From an uncultured Puniceicoccaceae bacterium (GTDB lineage: Bacteria; Verrucomicrobiota; Verrucomicrobiia; Opitutales; Coraliomargaritaceae): a stretch of DNA of 47,401 bases. Position 1 is the first letter of the stretch. Each line of letters begins with the position of its first letter. The notes under the pieces were generated by a model, which saw nothing but the letters and a program-made list of their open reading frames with translations, ran no database searches and had not been told where the DNA came from. The stretch is from assembly GCA_964406045.1 (NCBI GenBank), contig CAYOQD010000001.1, positions 1 through 47,401 of the forward strand, given 5' to 3'. The position numbers and the translations under genes are program-made. Of the stretch, positions 1-12,379 are shown piece after piece.

Positions 1-2
1 TG

Positions 3-236
3 CCCACAGACGCTCTGACATCTGGGCGGCTGTCACCCACATGTGTCTCTTTAGGCGCGGTGTGCTTACTGCTCATGCTAACGGCTGCACCCTACTGTCT
101 AAGCTATTTCAGCCACTTCAATCTGAGCACCTTATTGGTCACGATCATCATTGGTGGAGCGATTATTTTTAGCTGCCTCATCGCGGTCTCACGCATCAAA
201 GAAGCGCCTGTTGAAGGCCGCGGCATCCGCCCTTAG
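3..236 (+). CDS. C-terminal part of a membrane protein (truncated by window edge)
   Basis: Open frame from base 3 to TAG at 234-236; my translation ...VSLGAVCLLLMLTAAPY...LLVTIIIGGAIIFSCLIAVSRIKEAPVEGRGIRP* shows two hydrophobic segments. Confidence 0.65.
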   Translation, partial: PTDALTSGRLSPTCVSLGAVCLLLMLTAAPYCLSYFSHFNLSTLLVTIIIGGAIIFSCLIAVSRIKEAPVEGRGIRP

Positions 237-266
237 GGTTCGCACAGCAAACAACCGAGCAAACTT

Positions 267-354
267 ATAGGACGGTTTCGATTTTCTACTCTCTGCCTAC
301 TACGAGCTAATTCTTCAATCTCTACTTCGAGATGGAAGCCGAAAACCGTCCTGC
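267..354. repeat. Imperfect inverted repeat, degenerate GTAG-type REP doublet, between convergent genes
   Basis: AGGACGGTTTCG (269-280) vs CGAAAACCGTCCT (340-352, reverse complement AGGACGGTTTTCG); outer ends read ATAG/GCAG, each one mismatch from GTAG. Confidence 0.5.
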
Positions 355-400
355 AGGCACCCGTGGCAACCTGCGCTGGCTGCACCACTTCTAAACGAAA

Positions 401-1552
401 TTAAACATCCGCCCGTAAGCCTGCATCGACCTCACCTTGCTCGATAAAGGCTTCGCGCTCACTCATCGAATTGAGACGATCGACCAGTGAATCTTCAACT
501 TCCTGGACGTATTGGCTACGTGCCTCCAAGTCAGAGGTCGCTTCTTTGAGCTTATGGAACTGTGCTTCCAGCTCCTGCTCCCGCAGTCTCAGAGAATCTT
601 CCGGCGATAGATCCGGCTTACTGTTACCGCCGCCTTCACGAATCATTTCGCCCTTCAGTTGGTTGAGCTCAGTCTTCTGCTGTTCGACGACCTGCTTATC
701 ATCTTGGAGGCTAGCGCGCAATGCATCCAACTCGGCCTCTTTGCGTTTTAAGCGGGCCTCATCCGACGCACTGGATTGCCCGGCATTTTGTTGAGAATTC
801 AGGTCTTCTCGCATCTGCACCATCTGCGCTTCTGCCACCTCGATTTCAGACAGTCGTGAAATGACAAGCTCTTCAGCCTGTTGCAGCGAATCAGCGCGCA
901 ATTGGACATCTTCACGCGCAGCTTGTAATTCCTGCTCTTCGTTGACGAGTCGCTCTTGCAGCTCCGAAATATCCTGACGTTTCGTCGCAAGTTGTCGGCG
1001 GTCTTCCTGAATGCGGGCCTCTTCTTCCTTCACCGTTTTGCGTTGCTCGTTGAGCTGCAGCATTTCCGAGCGGGTCAATACATGGCCTGCGACACTTTTC
1101 TGAGCCGACAAGGTCTTCGAATGCTCCTTACACAGAAACGGCACGACCAACTCTTGCCATGCACGCTTTTCAACGGGATTGAGTTCACGAGACTCTCCGT
1201 CCTCAGTCTGCACCGCAATCACACCGGGGCGCAGATCTGCGATCCGCTCTGGATCTTTCGCGGCAGCCAGTATCATCGCATGTGATTGCTTGCGACTTTT
1301 ATTGGATGGCACCAGCATCAGAAATAACACATTCAAGCTCAACAGGCCGATGACTCCAAAGACGATGATCGAGATCATTCGACTATTGAACAAAACAAAG
1401 GTCACGAGCGCCAATATGACCGCGATGACTAAAGCACATACAACTGCACGCACCAAACAACGGGAGGCGTGCCGTTCAAAATATTTAGCTATATTTGTAT
1501 CCAGATTTTCAAGACGATGTCCCAGTTTCATTAACAGTAAAAATGCCTGCAA
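401..1552 (-). CDS. Membrane-anchored coiled-coil protein of unknown function
   Basis: Two N-terminal TM helices, then a long E/Q/L/R-rich heptad region; start codon uncertain. Confidence 0.75.
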   Translation of the reverse strand: MQAFLLLMKLGHRLENLDTNIAKYFERHASRCLVRAVVCALVIAVILALVTFVLFNSRMISIIVFGVIGLLSLNVLFLMLVPSNKSRKQSHAMILAAAKDPERIADLRPGVIAVQTEDGESRELNPVEKRAWQELVVPFLCKEHSKTLSAQKSVAGHVLTRSEMLQLNEQRKTVKEEEARIQEDRRQLATKRQDISELQERLVNEEQELQAAREDVQLRADSLQQAEELVISRLSEIEVAEAQMVQMREDLNSQQNAGQSSASDEARLKRKEAELDALRASLQDDKQVVEQQKTELNQLKGEMIREGGGNSKPDLSPEDSLRLREQELEAQFHKLKEATSDLEARSQYVQEVEDSLVDRLNSMSEREAFIEQGEVDAGLRADV

Positions 1553-1691
1553 TCGCTTTCAGCTTCAAGCGCAGCCACCACCTGATCTGATCATTCATCT
1601 ACTTTTAACAGCGAATGAGGCGCAGCCCCTGTATGGCTTACAGCGCATAAAATCGGAATCTACGGCGCTTTTCACCCCGCACTAAGTCTAA

Positions 1692-2255
1692 TCACCGAAC
1701 CACCCTGTCAGGCGGTAGCACGGGCCTTACATTACCGGAAAAGATACGTTTATAAATTTCGTTTTCCGGCGTCTTTATCAGTTTCAGGTCAAACTCATTA
1801 TTCTGCACATAATAGGGGCCGTAACGATAACTCGCCGCTAACAACGGATAGCTAAATGCATTATTCGATTTTAAATGGTCACGGCAATATACTAGATAAT
1901 CGATGGCGATGCGTATATTCATCTGCCACTCCCACGCCATGCTATACGACTCATCAGTCACTTGTTCCCACGCGGGTCGTGTCAACTGCATCATACCGCG
2001 TGCGACAGAACTACGGGCGTTCGCATTGAGACTACTTTCTGCCCAAGCCAAGGCATAGACAAATTCAGGATCCAGATCTTCTTGATTCGATAATTCATAA
2101 ATCAAAGGCCACACGTCTTCTGGCAAGACTTGGGCGCGCGGCGGACTATATTTCTGCGTCAAAAAGATCGTCAAACAGCCAAGCAGCACACCTAGCGCCA
2201 CGGCCACCCGAATGATCAGGCGTTCGTCACGATGGTAGTGGTGGTCAATCGGCAT
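1692..2255 (-). CDS. Lytic transglycosylase, SLT domain, with N-terminal membrane anchor
   Basis: ALAWAESS (catalytic Glu motif I) and GMMQLT (motif II); ATG at 2255 preferred over the longer ORF-track start. Confidence 0.8.
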   Translation of the reverse strand: MPIDHHYHRDERLIIRVAVALGVLLGCLTIFLTQKYSPPRAQVLPEDVWPLIYELSNQEDLDPEFVYALAWAESSLNANARSSVARGMMQLTRPAWEQVTDESYSMAWEWQMNIRIAIDYLVYCRDHLKSNNAFSYPLLAASYRYGPYYVQNNEFDLKLIKTPENEIYKRIFSGNVRPVLPPDRVVR

Positions 2256-2351
2256 GCTAGCGAATGAAGCATGTTTCGCGGAATCTAACAAACAAAAGTC
2301 GCGATTGTGTCTGCAGTATGCAATTGACGAGCGAAGGGTTCGCGCGGCTCG

Positions 2352-3203
2352 CTATCGACGAAAGCGACGCCCCGCCAACACACTGCGCGCTGCGGGCTTT
2401 GGGCCCGGAGCGGGTGCCTTGCCCACTCTGAGTCCCGGACGGAAGCGCATCACAGCAGCAAAAGCTTCAGGCAATTCAGACTCTGCCTGAAACGCATGCA
2501 TTTCCCCCTTAAAGGCATAGCGCATGGAGGTCTCACCGGAGTGCAACATCATCCGCTTCTCTCCGGTCTCAAGCGCCACCTCTTTATTAAAACTAAAGCT
2601 GCCATAGGTGCGATCCCCGACAATCGGGTGGCAATGTTTCTGGCACTGCACACGCAGTTGATGCGTGCGTCCCGTCAACGGCATCAACCGAATCAGTGCG
2701 ACAGGGAAGCCGCCAGTAGGTGCTTTGACTACCTGGTAACGTGTCTTTGCAGGAATGAGTTGCCCGCCTTTAATCAGCTTCTTCCCACGATACACATCCT
2801 TCTTTAGCTGATCGCTCCATGAACCAGAAGGGACGGACGGAGTCTGCTTCACCAGTGCATAGTAGACCTTGTTCACCTTATGCGTGGAAAACATCTGCTT
2901 GATCGTGTCGTTAATCTCTTCGTTCAACGCGAGTAAAATGACGCCGGACGTCGGTGAATCGAGGCGATTGATCAACCACGCGCGATGCTCCACATCGCCG
3001 ACCTTCCACGAGAAGACCTCACCGTCGTAATCATATTCGGCATTCAGCAGCGAGCGCTTGGAGTCCCCCTCTGCGTTGGGATGCGACATCAAGCCCGCAG
3101 GCTTATCAAGTGCGACCAAGCCATGCGCGTTGGACGTAATCAAGCGCACGCCATGCCCGAGCGGCAAGTCGCTGGGTTGAGTCGTCTGTAACGTGGAATT
3201 CAT
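2352..3203 (-). CDS. RluA-family RNA pseudouridine synthase
   Basis: DKPAGL, NRLDSPTSG (catalytic Asp), TGRTHQLRV, HPIVGDRTYG; ATG at 3203 preferred. Confidence 0.92.
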   Translation of the reverse strand: MNSTLQTTQPSDLPLGHGVRLITSNAHGLVALDKPAGLMSHPNAEGDSKRSLLNAEYDYDGEVFSWKVGDVEHRAWLINRLDSPTSGVILLALNEEINDTIKQMFSTHKVNKVYYALVKQTPSVPSGSWSDQLKKDVYRGKKLIKGGQLIPAKTRYQVVKAPTGGFPVALIRLMPLTGRTHQLRVQCQKHCHPIVGDRTYGSFSFNKEVALETGEKRMMLHSGETSMRYAFKGEMHAFQAESELPEAFAAVMRFRPGLRVGKAPAPGPKPAARSVLAGRRFRR

Positions 3204-3251
3204 ATTGGAAGCCGGCAATATGCCTGAGCAAGCGATGAACACAAATATTTT

Positions 3252-4391
3252 TTAACGATAGTGAAAAACAACCTGCAACACACGCTCTTGCCCAAACACC
3301 TTCACCATTTCCTCGGTCCATGGGCGAAACGGCGAGCGTTTGGTGAGTGCAGTTTGACAGATCAAGGTCGCAATCTCACTCGCAGAGCTGTGCAACACCT
3401 CAACATCATGGATCACACCGTCCGCCGTGATCCGAAAGCTCACCACCACACGCGTGGACGTATCAATCGGCTGAAAAAACTCGATTTCCTGATACCAGCC
3501 CGCTTGCAGCGCGGCGTAAAACTGCTGCTGATATTCACCAAATTCACTGAAGGTGGCATCAATCGCGAGCGATCCACGACGACTGGCGGAGCCTTCGGAG
3601 CGCATCAATGGGCCTTGCACTAAATCCGGCGACAAGGTGGGCCGCGCACGCGGCACCGGCTTCACCTCCGCGCCCCCGCTTCCATCGCCTTCCTGCTGCG
3701 CCTGCTGATTCATCGTCTGCGGTTGCGGCTTATAGACATTAATGGGGGCATCGAGCTCGGGATTCTCGACGACTTCCTCGCCCACGCCCGGAGTTTCGAG
3801 ACTACTGCCGGGGCCATCTTCGGTGACCGGTTTCTGTTGAATAAACGCGGGAGCTGGTAATGGCTCTGCCGGCGGAACGACAGCCGCGGCTTGCGCACCT
3901 GCCTTACCGCCGTCGGTGCCCTCGCCTTCGCCAGGCTGAGCCGGCGCATACACACCTGGAGTCAGTGCAGGCACTTGATCCATCGCACCTTGTATAATTT
4001 TTTGTGAGTCCTCTTCGCCATCCACACTCGGCGCATCGAGTAGTGACTCGTTGGGATTCTCATCAGCGGCTTGCTGCGCGCGAAACGAATACTGGTCCTT
4101 ACGGTCTGGCTCATTCTCCGGTGCCTCCGGGTTGGCTTCGACAAATTTAAGTTCTTCCTGCTCGATGGGCTCCGGCGGCACGAGAATCACTTCCATTTCC
4201 TCATCGTTCAACTGCGCTGATGCATCCGACATCAACAACACATCCGGCAGAACCATGATCGCACCGAGATGAAGCAGCAGCGCGATCAATAGAGCCGTAA
4301 TCGTTGCCCAGCGCTGCTCACGCCTTGCCTCGAAAAAAGGGTTTTCTGCCCGTAATGCTGTGGCTGCTTGAATCAAAGTAGATGTAGTCAA
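3252..4391 (-). CDS. TonB/TolA-like protein (TM anchor, Pro/Glu-rich linker, TonB_C-like C-terminal domain)
   Basis: ALLLHL anchor helix with His; P/E/Q-rich spacer; C-terminal VVVSFRITADGVIHDVEVLHSS...SPFRPW. Confidence 0.7.
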   Translation of the reverse strand: MTTSTLIQAATALRAENPFFEARREQRWATITALLIALLLHLGAIMVLPDVLLMSDASAQLNDEEMEVILVPPEPIEQEELKFVEANPEAPENEPDRKDQYSFRAQQAADENPNESLLDAPSVDGEEDSQKIIQGAMDQVPALTPGVYAPAQPGEGEGTDGGKAGAQAAAVVPPAEPLPAPAFIQQKPVTEDGPGSSLETPGVGEEVVENPELDAPINVYKPQPQTMNQQAQQEGDGSGGAEVKPVPRARPTLSPDLVQGPLMRSEGSASRRGSLAIDATFSEFGEYQQQFYAALQAGWYQEIEFFQPIDTSTRVVVSFRITADGVIHDVEVLHSSASEIATLICQTALTKRSPFRPWTEEMVKVFGQERVLQVVFHYR

Positions 4392-4997
4392 TCAGCTTTG
4401 TTGGCGAAAATCAAAGCCGAGTTGCAGTAAGCGGGCTTCCAGAGCCTGAATCGGCAGGCCCATCACATTTTCAACCGAGCCATCCACCGCTTCGATGATC
4501 ATCTCACGCCCCGCCTGTATCCCATAGGCCCCGGCCTTATCGAGCGGATTCACACACTCAAAATATTGAGTAATGGTGGCATCGTCCAAGGTTTTGAAGC
4601 GCACCTGACTCGCTTCAACAAAATCATCGCGCAACGCACCGGCCTGCCAACGCAGTGCGATCGCAGTGTAGACCGTGTGCTCCCGCCCTGAGAGGCGCTT
4701 CAACATCGCGCGTGCGTCGTCGAGATCCACGGGCTTGTTCAGCACGATCTCATCCAGAGCAACCGTCGTATCCGAGCCGAGCACCAAGCCGTTCGGGTGC
4801 GCACTGACCAAGGCATCTGCCTTGAGTCCGGCATTATGAATTACCATCTGCGCCGGGCCATCATCCGGTGAATTATATTCTTCCACATCGGCTGGACAGA
4901 CACGAAACGACAGGCCGATACGTTCGAGGAGTTCACTACGTCGGGGTGACGCCGAGGCGAGGATAAGTTGTTCTGGGTACGAAGCGGCTTTGTTCAT
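4392..4997 (-). CDS. maf: Maf-family nucleoside triphosphate pyrophosphatase
   Basis: [41 protein letters not shown]; ATG at 4997. Confidence 0.93.
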   Translation of the reverse strand: MNKAASYPEQLILASASPRRSELLERIGLSFRVCPADVEEYNSPDDGPAQMVIHNAGLKADALVSAHPNGLVLGSDTTVALDEIVLNKPVDLDDARAMLKRLSGREHTVYTAIALRWQAGALRDDFVEASQVRFKTLDDATITQYFECVNPLDKAGAYGIQAGREMIIEAVDGSVENVMGLPIQALEARLLQLGFDFRQQS

Positions 4998-5041
4998 ATT
5001 ACGAAAGTGTCGCAGCAAGGTTTCTGCTTCTTCACAAAAGA

Positions 5042-6412
5042 TCAATCCAAGACCGTCTCAACTGCACCAATTGCGCGTGCAAAGGCCAAACGACTCAAAC
5101 CATAGAGGTAGGCCGAGTTCAAACGACTCCGCTCCGCATCCGAAAGCCGTTGCTGTGCATCAATCAACTCACGGTTATCAGCTAGCCCTTCCCGGTAACG
5201 TAAATCCGCCTGTTTCACCTCGTCATGCCCAAGATCGATCTCCTGCCCGGCCAACTCAATTTCCTGATAGCGCGAGTTCATATCAAACATCGCCGTGCGG
5301 AATTCACTCTCGATTCGTCGCTCCAACACGCGCATTTTATAGCTGGCTTGCCGAGCTGCCGCCGCGGCCTCGCGCTTTTCTGACCGAATACGTCCGCCTT
5401 CAAAAATTGGCACTGATGCGCGCACCCCGACCAGCCAAGCTTCATTGTAATCGCCAGAAAATGCCTCATCCGAATCGTGCCCCCAATCGCCAAATAGCTC
5501 GACACTGGGTAAGCGCTGCCACGATGCGGCTTTACGTGCTAACAATGCTTGGTCCAATCGCTTCTTTTGACTCGCCAGTTCGGGGCGAGAGCCGATCAAC
5601 GAGGCACCTTTCAACTCATATTCTTCGATACTTGGTGGCTCTTTCAATTTCCCAATCAATGAGTCATCCAAGCGCAATTCGGAATCCAAATCGAGATCCA
5701 GCAAGGCTTTCAACTGCAGCAACGAAGTCTTCACGCGGGTCTTCGCGATCCAAAGCGCACGCTCATCCTCCAACACCCGCGACTCCGCACGTGTCACATC
5801 GATCCGCACCCCGGCTCCTGCAGCCAACTGATCATTGGCCAATTTCAACAATTCCTGACTGCGATCGATATTACCTTTGACAATATTCAGCTGATTCAGG
5901 TCACGTAATTGAGTGAAATACAGCAGCACCGCCTGATCCAAAATGTCCTGCACTGCCACGTCGTAGTTCATCTCAGCGATATCATGCTCCAATTTTGCGA
6001 TTCGGTAACGTGCATATTTGTCCGCATCAAAGACCGTCTGGGTCGCCTCAACACGGGTGCCAAAAGAGTTAAACGGTGGTGATTCAAAATCATCCCCCGC
6101 GAACCCACGACCAAATTGCTGCCGTGTTTGTGACGCAGCCAATGAGATCTGCGGTAACAACGCGGCACGTTGCTGAAAGCTTTGCTCCAACGCGCGACGC
6201 ACACTCTCCCGCTCATACAGCACCTGCGGACTGGTGTCTTTGATCAATTTAAACATCGCATCTAAAGTCAGCACCGGATCGTCCACTTCGACCGTCGTCG
6301 ACAAAATCGACGCCACCTCCACCGCAGATTCATTCTTTTGGGCAAAGGTCGAAGCGGTCAGACACAAGTAAACGCACACTAAGGCACTGAAAGTCTTGAG
6401 TTCTCTAGGCAT
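5042..6412 (-). CDS. TolC-family outer membrane efflux protein
   Basis: Signal peptide, two OEP-like repeats (LLPQISL..., [23 protein letters not shown]); ATG at 6412. Confidence 0.88.
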   Translation of the reverse strand: MPRELKTFSALVCVYLCLTASTFAQKNESAVEVASILSTTVEVDDPVLTLDAMFKLIKDTSPQVLYERESVRRALEQSFQQRAALLPQISLAASQTRQQFGRGFAGDDFESPPFNSFGTRVEATQTVFDADKYARYRIAKLEHDIAEMNYDVAVQDILDQAVLLYFTQLRDLNQLNIVKGNIDRSQELLKLANDQLAAGAGVRIDVTRAESRVLEDERALWIAKTRVKTSLLQLKALLDLDLDSELRLDDSLIGKLKEPPSIEEYELKGASLIGSRPELASQKKRLDQALLARKAASWQRLPSVELFGDWGHDSDEAFSGDYNEAWLVGVRASVPIFEGGRIRSEKREAAAAARQASYKMRVLERRIESEFRTAMFDMNSRYQEIELAGQEIDLGHDEVKQADLRYREGLADNRELIDAQQRLSDAERSRLNSAYLYGLSRLAFARAIGAVETVLD

Positions 6413-6521
6413 TGGAAAATAGTCGTCGCTACAAATGGAAAAGATGGAAAGAACTGTGACTATCTTTGCAGCTCTCACATTTGCAAGTCGCCAGTTCAAA
6501 CAATTGTTTTAAAAATACACT

Positions 6522-8160
<1,639 letters not shown>

Positions 8161-8168
<8 letters not shown>

Positions 8169-8189
8169 ATCGCTGCGCGATTTAACTGA
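8161..8189. terminator. Perfect 13-bp hairpin overlapping the nadE stop (possible terminator or mRNA-stabilising stem; no U-tract)
   Basis: TCAGTTAAATCGC-TGC-GCGATTTAACTGA. Confidence 0.45.
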
Positions 8190-8296
8190 ACGCCCAACAT
8201 CGAACGCTCAACTTTGAACGTCAAATAACCATAGTAATTTTACAGCAACTCATTTTCATTCAACGTTGAACGTTTCATGTTCAACGTTGGACGTTT
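8188..8296. repeat. Two inverted arrays of degenerate 7-bp tandem repeats
   Basis: GAACGCC CAACATC GAACGCT CAACTTT GAACGTC (8188-8222) and AACGTTG AACGTTT CATGTTC AACGTTG GACGTTT (8262-8296), 39-nt AT-rich spacer. Confidence 0.75.
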
Positions 8297-8306
8297 CATT
8301 TTCAGC

Positions 8307-9584
8307 ATGTCTTCATCCAACGATCTCTTCGAACGCGCCAAGCAACTCATTCCCGGCGGCGTCAATTCTCCCGTGCGCGCCTTCCGCTCGGTCGGCGGCT
8401 CCCCCTTCTTCACAGAGCGGGCAGACGGCGCACACCTCTACACCGCAGACGGCAAAGACCTAATCGACTTCGTTTGCACCTGGGGGCCCGCCATCCACGG
8501 CCACAACGACCCCGACATTCGTGCAGCGATCAGTCAGGCGCTTGAAAAAGGCACCAGCTTCGGCACGCCCAATCCCTATGAAGTGGAAATGGCAGAACTC
8601 ATCGTCGACATGGTGCCGTCCGTCGAGAAGGTGCGTATGTGTAATAGCGGCACCGAAGCCACGATGTCGGCGATTCGCCTCGCACGCGGCTACACCAAGC
8701 GCGACAAGATCATTAAGTTTGCCGGCTGCTTCCATGGCCACGTCGATTCCCTGCTCGTCAAAGCCGGCTCCGGCGCATTGACACTGGGCAACCCCGACAG
8801 CGCCGGCATCCCCGCCAGCTTTGCAGCCGAAACCATCGTGGTGGAATATAACGACGCGGATGCCATCCGTGCGGCCTTTGCAAACCATAAGGACGAGATC
8901 GCAGCCCTCATCGTCGAGCCCTTCCCGGCCAACTGCGGCTTTATCCTACCCGACAAAGGCTACCTTCGCCTACTGCGCGACCTTTGTTATGAAAACGACA
9001 GCGTGCTCATTTTCGACGAAGTCATGACTGGCTTTCGCCTCGCCCCCGGTGGCGTGCAAGAGCGTGTCAGCATTACACCTGACCTGACTTGCATGGGTAA
9101 GATCATCGGCGGCGGTCTTCCCGTTGGCGCATTTGGCGGCAAGGCGAAGATCATGGATCAGCTCGCACCGCTCGGCCCAGTGTATCAGGCCGGCACGCTC
9201 AGCGGCAATCCGCTGGCCATGGCTGCGGGTATCGCTGCGTTGAAAAAGCTCAAGAGCGACAATCCCTATCCAGCCTTTGAAAAAATGGGCACAATGATCC
9301 GCGACGCGCTCATCAATGCCGCGATCGAAAAAGGCATGCCGCTACAAGTGCCGCAAGTCGGTTCCATGTTTGCGCTCTTCTTTAGCGAGTATCCGGTTCG
9401 CAACTACAACGATGCGATCAGCAGCGACACACCACAATTCAACAAGCTCTTTCACTATGCCATGGAGCACGGTGTCTACTTGCCACCGTCGGCCTACGAG
9501 ACCTGCTTCATTTGCACCGCCCACAGCGGCAACGACATCGAGCGCGCCGCCGAAGTGCTGGCAGCAGGTATCAAAGCGATGTAG
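8307..9584 (+). CDS. hemL: Glutamate-1-semialdehyde 2,1-aminomutase
   Basis: [49 protein letters not shown] (PLP Lys), [10 protein letters not shown]; ATG at 8307 because the upstream in-frame ATG lies in the heptamer repeat. Confidence 0.97.
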   Translation: MSSSNDLFERAKQLIPGGVNSPVRAFRSVGGSPFFTERADGAHLYTADGKDLIDFVCTWGPAIHGHNDPDIRAAISQALEKGTSFGTPNPYEVEMAELIVDMVPSVEKVRMCNSGTEATMSAIRLARGYTKRDKIIKFAGCFHGHVDSLLVKAGSGALTLGNPDSAGIPASFAAETIVVEYNDADAIRAAFANHKDEIAALIVEPFPANCGFILPDKGYLRLLRDLCYENDSVLIFDEVMTGFRLAPGGVQERVSITPDLTCMGKIIGGGLPVGAFGGKAKIMDQLAPLGPVYQAGTLSGNPLAMAAGIAALKKLKSDNPYPAFEKMGTMIRDALINAAIEKGMPLQVPQVGSMFALFFSEYPVRNYNDAISSDTPQFNKLFHYAMEHGVYLPPSAYETCFICTAHSGNDIERAAEVLAAGIKAM

Positions 9585-9601
9585 CACTTCTAGCACAGCT
9601 C

Positions 9602-9970
9602 ATGTATTGCGGAATCCAGAAACTCCTCACACGGCTGTGCTACCTACTCATCATAGCGCTGGTCTTTTCTTATCTACGAAAAGACCGGTTGCCTGATTAC
9701 AAATCGATCGACCATCGCCTGCTACAGGCCCCCGTGCAACAATCGATCACAGGGGCTCAATTTACACTCGATTTCAAAGACCGCAGTTATCAAGTCCGAC
9801 CACGTGCCCTTTACGAATTGAAGGGGCTGGTCGTCTTCGTCAAAGAACTCAATATCCTGCGCAGCACCAATCGCATCTGGCGCGACACTTTCAAATTCGT
9901 GCTCATCGCATTGCTCGCCTTACAGTGTCTTAAGTTCGCCTTTTTTTGGTTTTTCGCGCCATCGGAATAA
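9602..9970 (+). pseudogene. Small two-TM protein, probably an internally deleted copy of a longer conserved hypothetical protein
   Basis: ATG 9602; N-terminal ...KDRLP...PVQ...YELKGLVV joined directly to FVKELNILRSTNRIWR...; 3' end overlaps the convergent ccsBA gene by 41 nt. The deletion is inferred from recollection of the family. Confidence 0.5.
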
Positions 9971-12347
9971 GCTCTCTTGCTGGAATATCTCTAAATCTGT
10001 AAGAACCAAGGATAATCAAGACAACCACCGCAACAGTGACATACACCCATACAGGGATTGGAACGGGATCTCCAGTCGCGTAGGAGTGCATACCTGAAAG
10101 GTAATAGTTCACCCCATAATAAGTCATCAAAATAGTGCCGTAGGCAGTCAGACTTAGGCAGGCGAAGAGGTATTTAGAATACACCGCGGTCATCAGTCTA
10201 AAGTGCGTCACCAAGGCATAAATAAGGATGGAAATATAAGCCCACGTTTCTTTCGGGTCCCACCCCCAATATCTGCCCCAGGATTCATTGGCCCAGATGC
10301 CTCCTAGGAAATTACCAATAATCAAAAGCGTTAAGCCAATAATCAATGTAGCTTCATTGGTATCGGTCAACTTACTGATTTCCAGCTCCAGCCTATTTCG
10401 TTTGTTTAAAATGAATAGCACGAGTGTAATGCCCCCTAGGAGTGCACCGATGCCAAGGAAGCCATAACTGGCAGTGATTACGGATACGTGCACCGTGAGC
10501 CAGAATGATTTCAGAACTGGGACAAGATTTGTAATCTCAGGGTCAATACTGCCGAGGTGCCCGGCAAACATAAACAAACCAGCCATAATAAAGGCAGCTC
10601 CCATCGGGAAGACCTGTTTTCTAAAGAACAACAGACCGCCTAGACTAGCACTGTAGGCAATATACATCATGGTTTCATAAGTATTGCTGAGAGGCGCTCG
10701 ACCACCGATATACCACCGTGCGACTAAAGCAATGGTATGCACCCCGACGATTGCCACGAGAGGAATAAAAACCACAAACAGATGCCACTGACTGAAGCGG
10801 AAGGGGTGAAACATAACCCAAAAACCTAAACCTAGCAAAGCAAGACCTGCCAACAGGTAAGCGATACTCAGGCGCGGGAAGAGCTTTAACTCATTGTATC
10901 GGATTTCATGATCCACACCTCGCCGACTCGGGATCACAGAGTTTCCATATTGTCGCTGGTATTGGTCGATCTCTTCTACCAAGACATCGAGTGCTGCATA
11001 GTTCTGAGCAAAGCCTTGATCCATAAACTCTTTAATAGTCCGTTGGATGGTTACCTCTGCGTTGTTCTCAGATAGCATCCAGATCGATTTGAAATCGACC
11101 CATTGATTATTCGGATCATCAATGACAGGGAACACCTTAAACAAGGCACCCGTGTAAACCATAAAGGCGATATTGAGACGCTCATCGACCTTGATCAGAT
11201 CATTCTCAAAGGTGCCCCTTTGAGAGGGTTTTAATGCATGCGCACGCTCCACCTCCTCCTTCAGAAGATAGCGGTGCCCCTCAAAAAACTGGTTAAAGCT
11301 GGCTCGGTGTTCAGCGTTCGTCCCAATCATCTTTCGCAGCTTAGGCGTCTTGACTTTGATCATCGACACCTTCTTCCAGATGTCTTCACGGAAGAACATT
11401 CCCAAAACAACTTGATTGTGCGTCATTCCATCAAGGCTTTCTTTGCCACTGAGCTTGCGCACGATCTCTCTGCTGAGCGTATCCATGGGCTTCATACGCC
11501 CCATCCTAGATTGTACGACCAATCTAGAAAATTCATTGCTCGGATGGAGCGACTCCACCTTAAATGTATCGAAGTAGTTATCTTCGTATTCACCTGCCTC
11601 AAGCTGATGAGATACAATCGAAAGAAGTAAAGTTACTAGGAAAAGCGTGTGCTTATTAATTCGAGCCAGCAATATTCGCAACCTTGACCCGGGATTGAGC
11701 GGATTGAGTATCAAACCAATGAACAGAAGGAAATAGCCCGTGTAGGTGCATAACTTCCCCGGGTCTCTATTGACTGTCAGAATCGTTCCCTTCTCATCGG
11801 TGTCATAGGAGGTTTGAAAAAACCGATATCCCCGATGATCCAAGGTATGATTCATGTAGATTCGATAATCAAATTCAATACCCTCTAGGCTATCTTTGAC
11901 TGTAACATCACTCGAAAAGGCTGAAGGCGAATGACTTCCCGGATACCTTTCCATTTCAAAGTTCTGTAGCACGATTGAAAAAGGAAGCTCTTTAGCAGAA
12001 CCATCTTCGATGGCAGTAAACTGGTTCGATGATTCACCTTCACGTATATGCATCCTACCCTCTTCTCCACCATAACGCGTCACTCCAGCTCCAATAAGGA
12101 TAACAATCAGCGACATATGCAAAAGCCCTTTGCTCAGGCTTTTATAGAGCTTAGTCCTAAACATGACGGCTAGCAGGTTGATCGCCGCTAGCGTCAGTAG
12201 CACTTCATACCAAAGCGCATCATATATGTGAAGCCTTGCGACTTGAGTTCCGTAATCATTTTCAACGAACGTGGCAACGGCTGCCCCCAGAGCAAGTGCT
12301 AGAAAGGTAAACACGAACAAAGTGTTGGAGCTGAGGAATTTTTTCAT
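9930..12347 (-). CDS. ccsA: System II cytochrome c synthase, fused CcsBA (NrfI-like)
   Basis: ATFVENDYG, LLHMS TM-His, MNHTLDHRGYRFFQTSYD, LVPVLKSFWLTVHV, WWD domain GGIWANESWGRYWGWDPKETW, GMHSYA; ATG at 12347. Confidence 0.92.
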   Translation of the reverse strand: MKKFLSSNTLFVFTFLALALGAAVATFVENDYGTQVARLHIYDALWYEVLLTLAAINLLAVMFRTKLYKSLSKGLLHMSLIVILIGAGVTRYGGEEGRMHIREGESSNQFTAIEDGSAKELPFSIVLQNFEMERYPGSHSPSAFSSDVTVKDSLEGIEFDYRIYMNHTLDHRGYRFFQTSYDTDEKGTILTVNRDPGKLCTYTGYFLLFIGLILNPLNPGSRLRILLARINKHTLFLVTLLLSIVSHQLEAGEYEDNYFDTFKVESLHPSNEFSRLVVQSRMGRMKPMDTLSREIVRKLSGKESLDGMTHNQVVLGMFFREDIWKKVSMIKVKTPKLRKMIGTNAEHRASFNQFFEGHRYLLKEEVERAHALKPSQRGTFENDLIKVDERLNIAFMVYTGALFKVFPVIDDPNNQWVDFKSIWMLSENNAEVTIQRTIKEFMDQGFAQNYAALDVLVEEIDQYQRQYGNSVIPSRRGVDHEIRYNELKLFPRLSIAYLLAGLALLGLGFWVMFHPFRFSQWHLFVVFIPLVAIVGVHTIALVARWYIGGRAPLSNTYETMMYIAYSASLGGLLFFRKQVFPMGAAFIMAGLFMFAGHLGSIDPEITNLVPVLKSFWLTVHVSVITASYGFLGIGALLGGITLVLFILNKRNRLELEISKLTDTNEATLIIGLTLLIIGNFLGGIWANESWGRYWGWDPKETWAYISILIYALVTHFRLMTAVYSKYLFACLSLTAYGTILMTYYGVNYYLSGMHSYATGDPVPIPVWVYVTVAVVVLIILGSYRFRDIPARELIPMARKTKKRRT

Positions 12348-12379
12348 GGTATTGAGCCAAGTAGAAGTCATCTCTACAC

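Noticed and set aside
4990-5880. 296-aa plus-strand ORF and the many other overlapping ORF-track entries (e.g. 17518-18207, 24320-24961, 22403-22882)
   Set aside because: Antisense or alternate-frame shadows of well-supported genes, with no recognisable motifs; expected in GC-rich DNA.
8188-8296. Possible CRISPR array
   Set aside because: Units are 7-bp tandem repeats without unique spacers; no cas genes.
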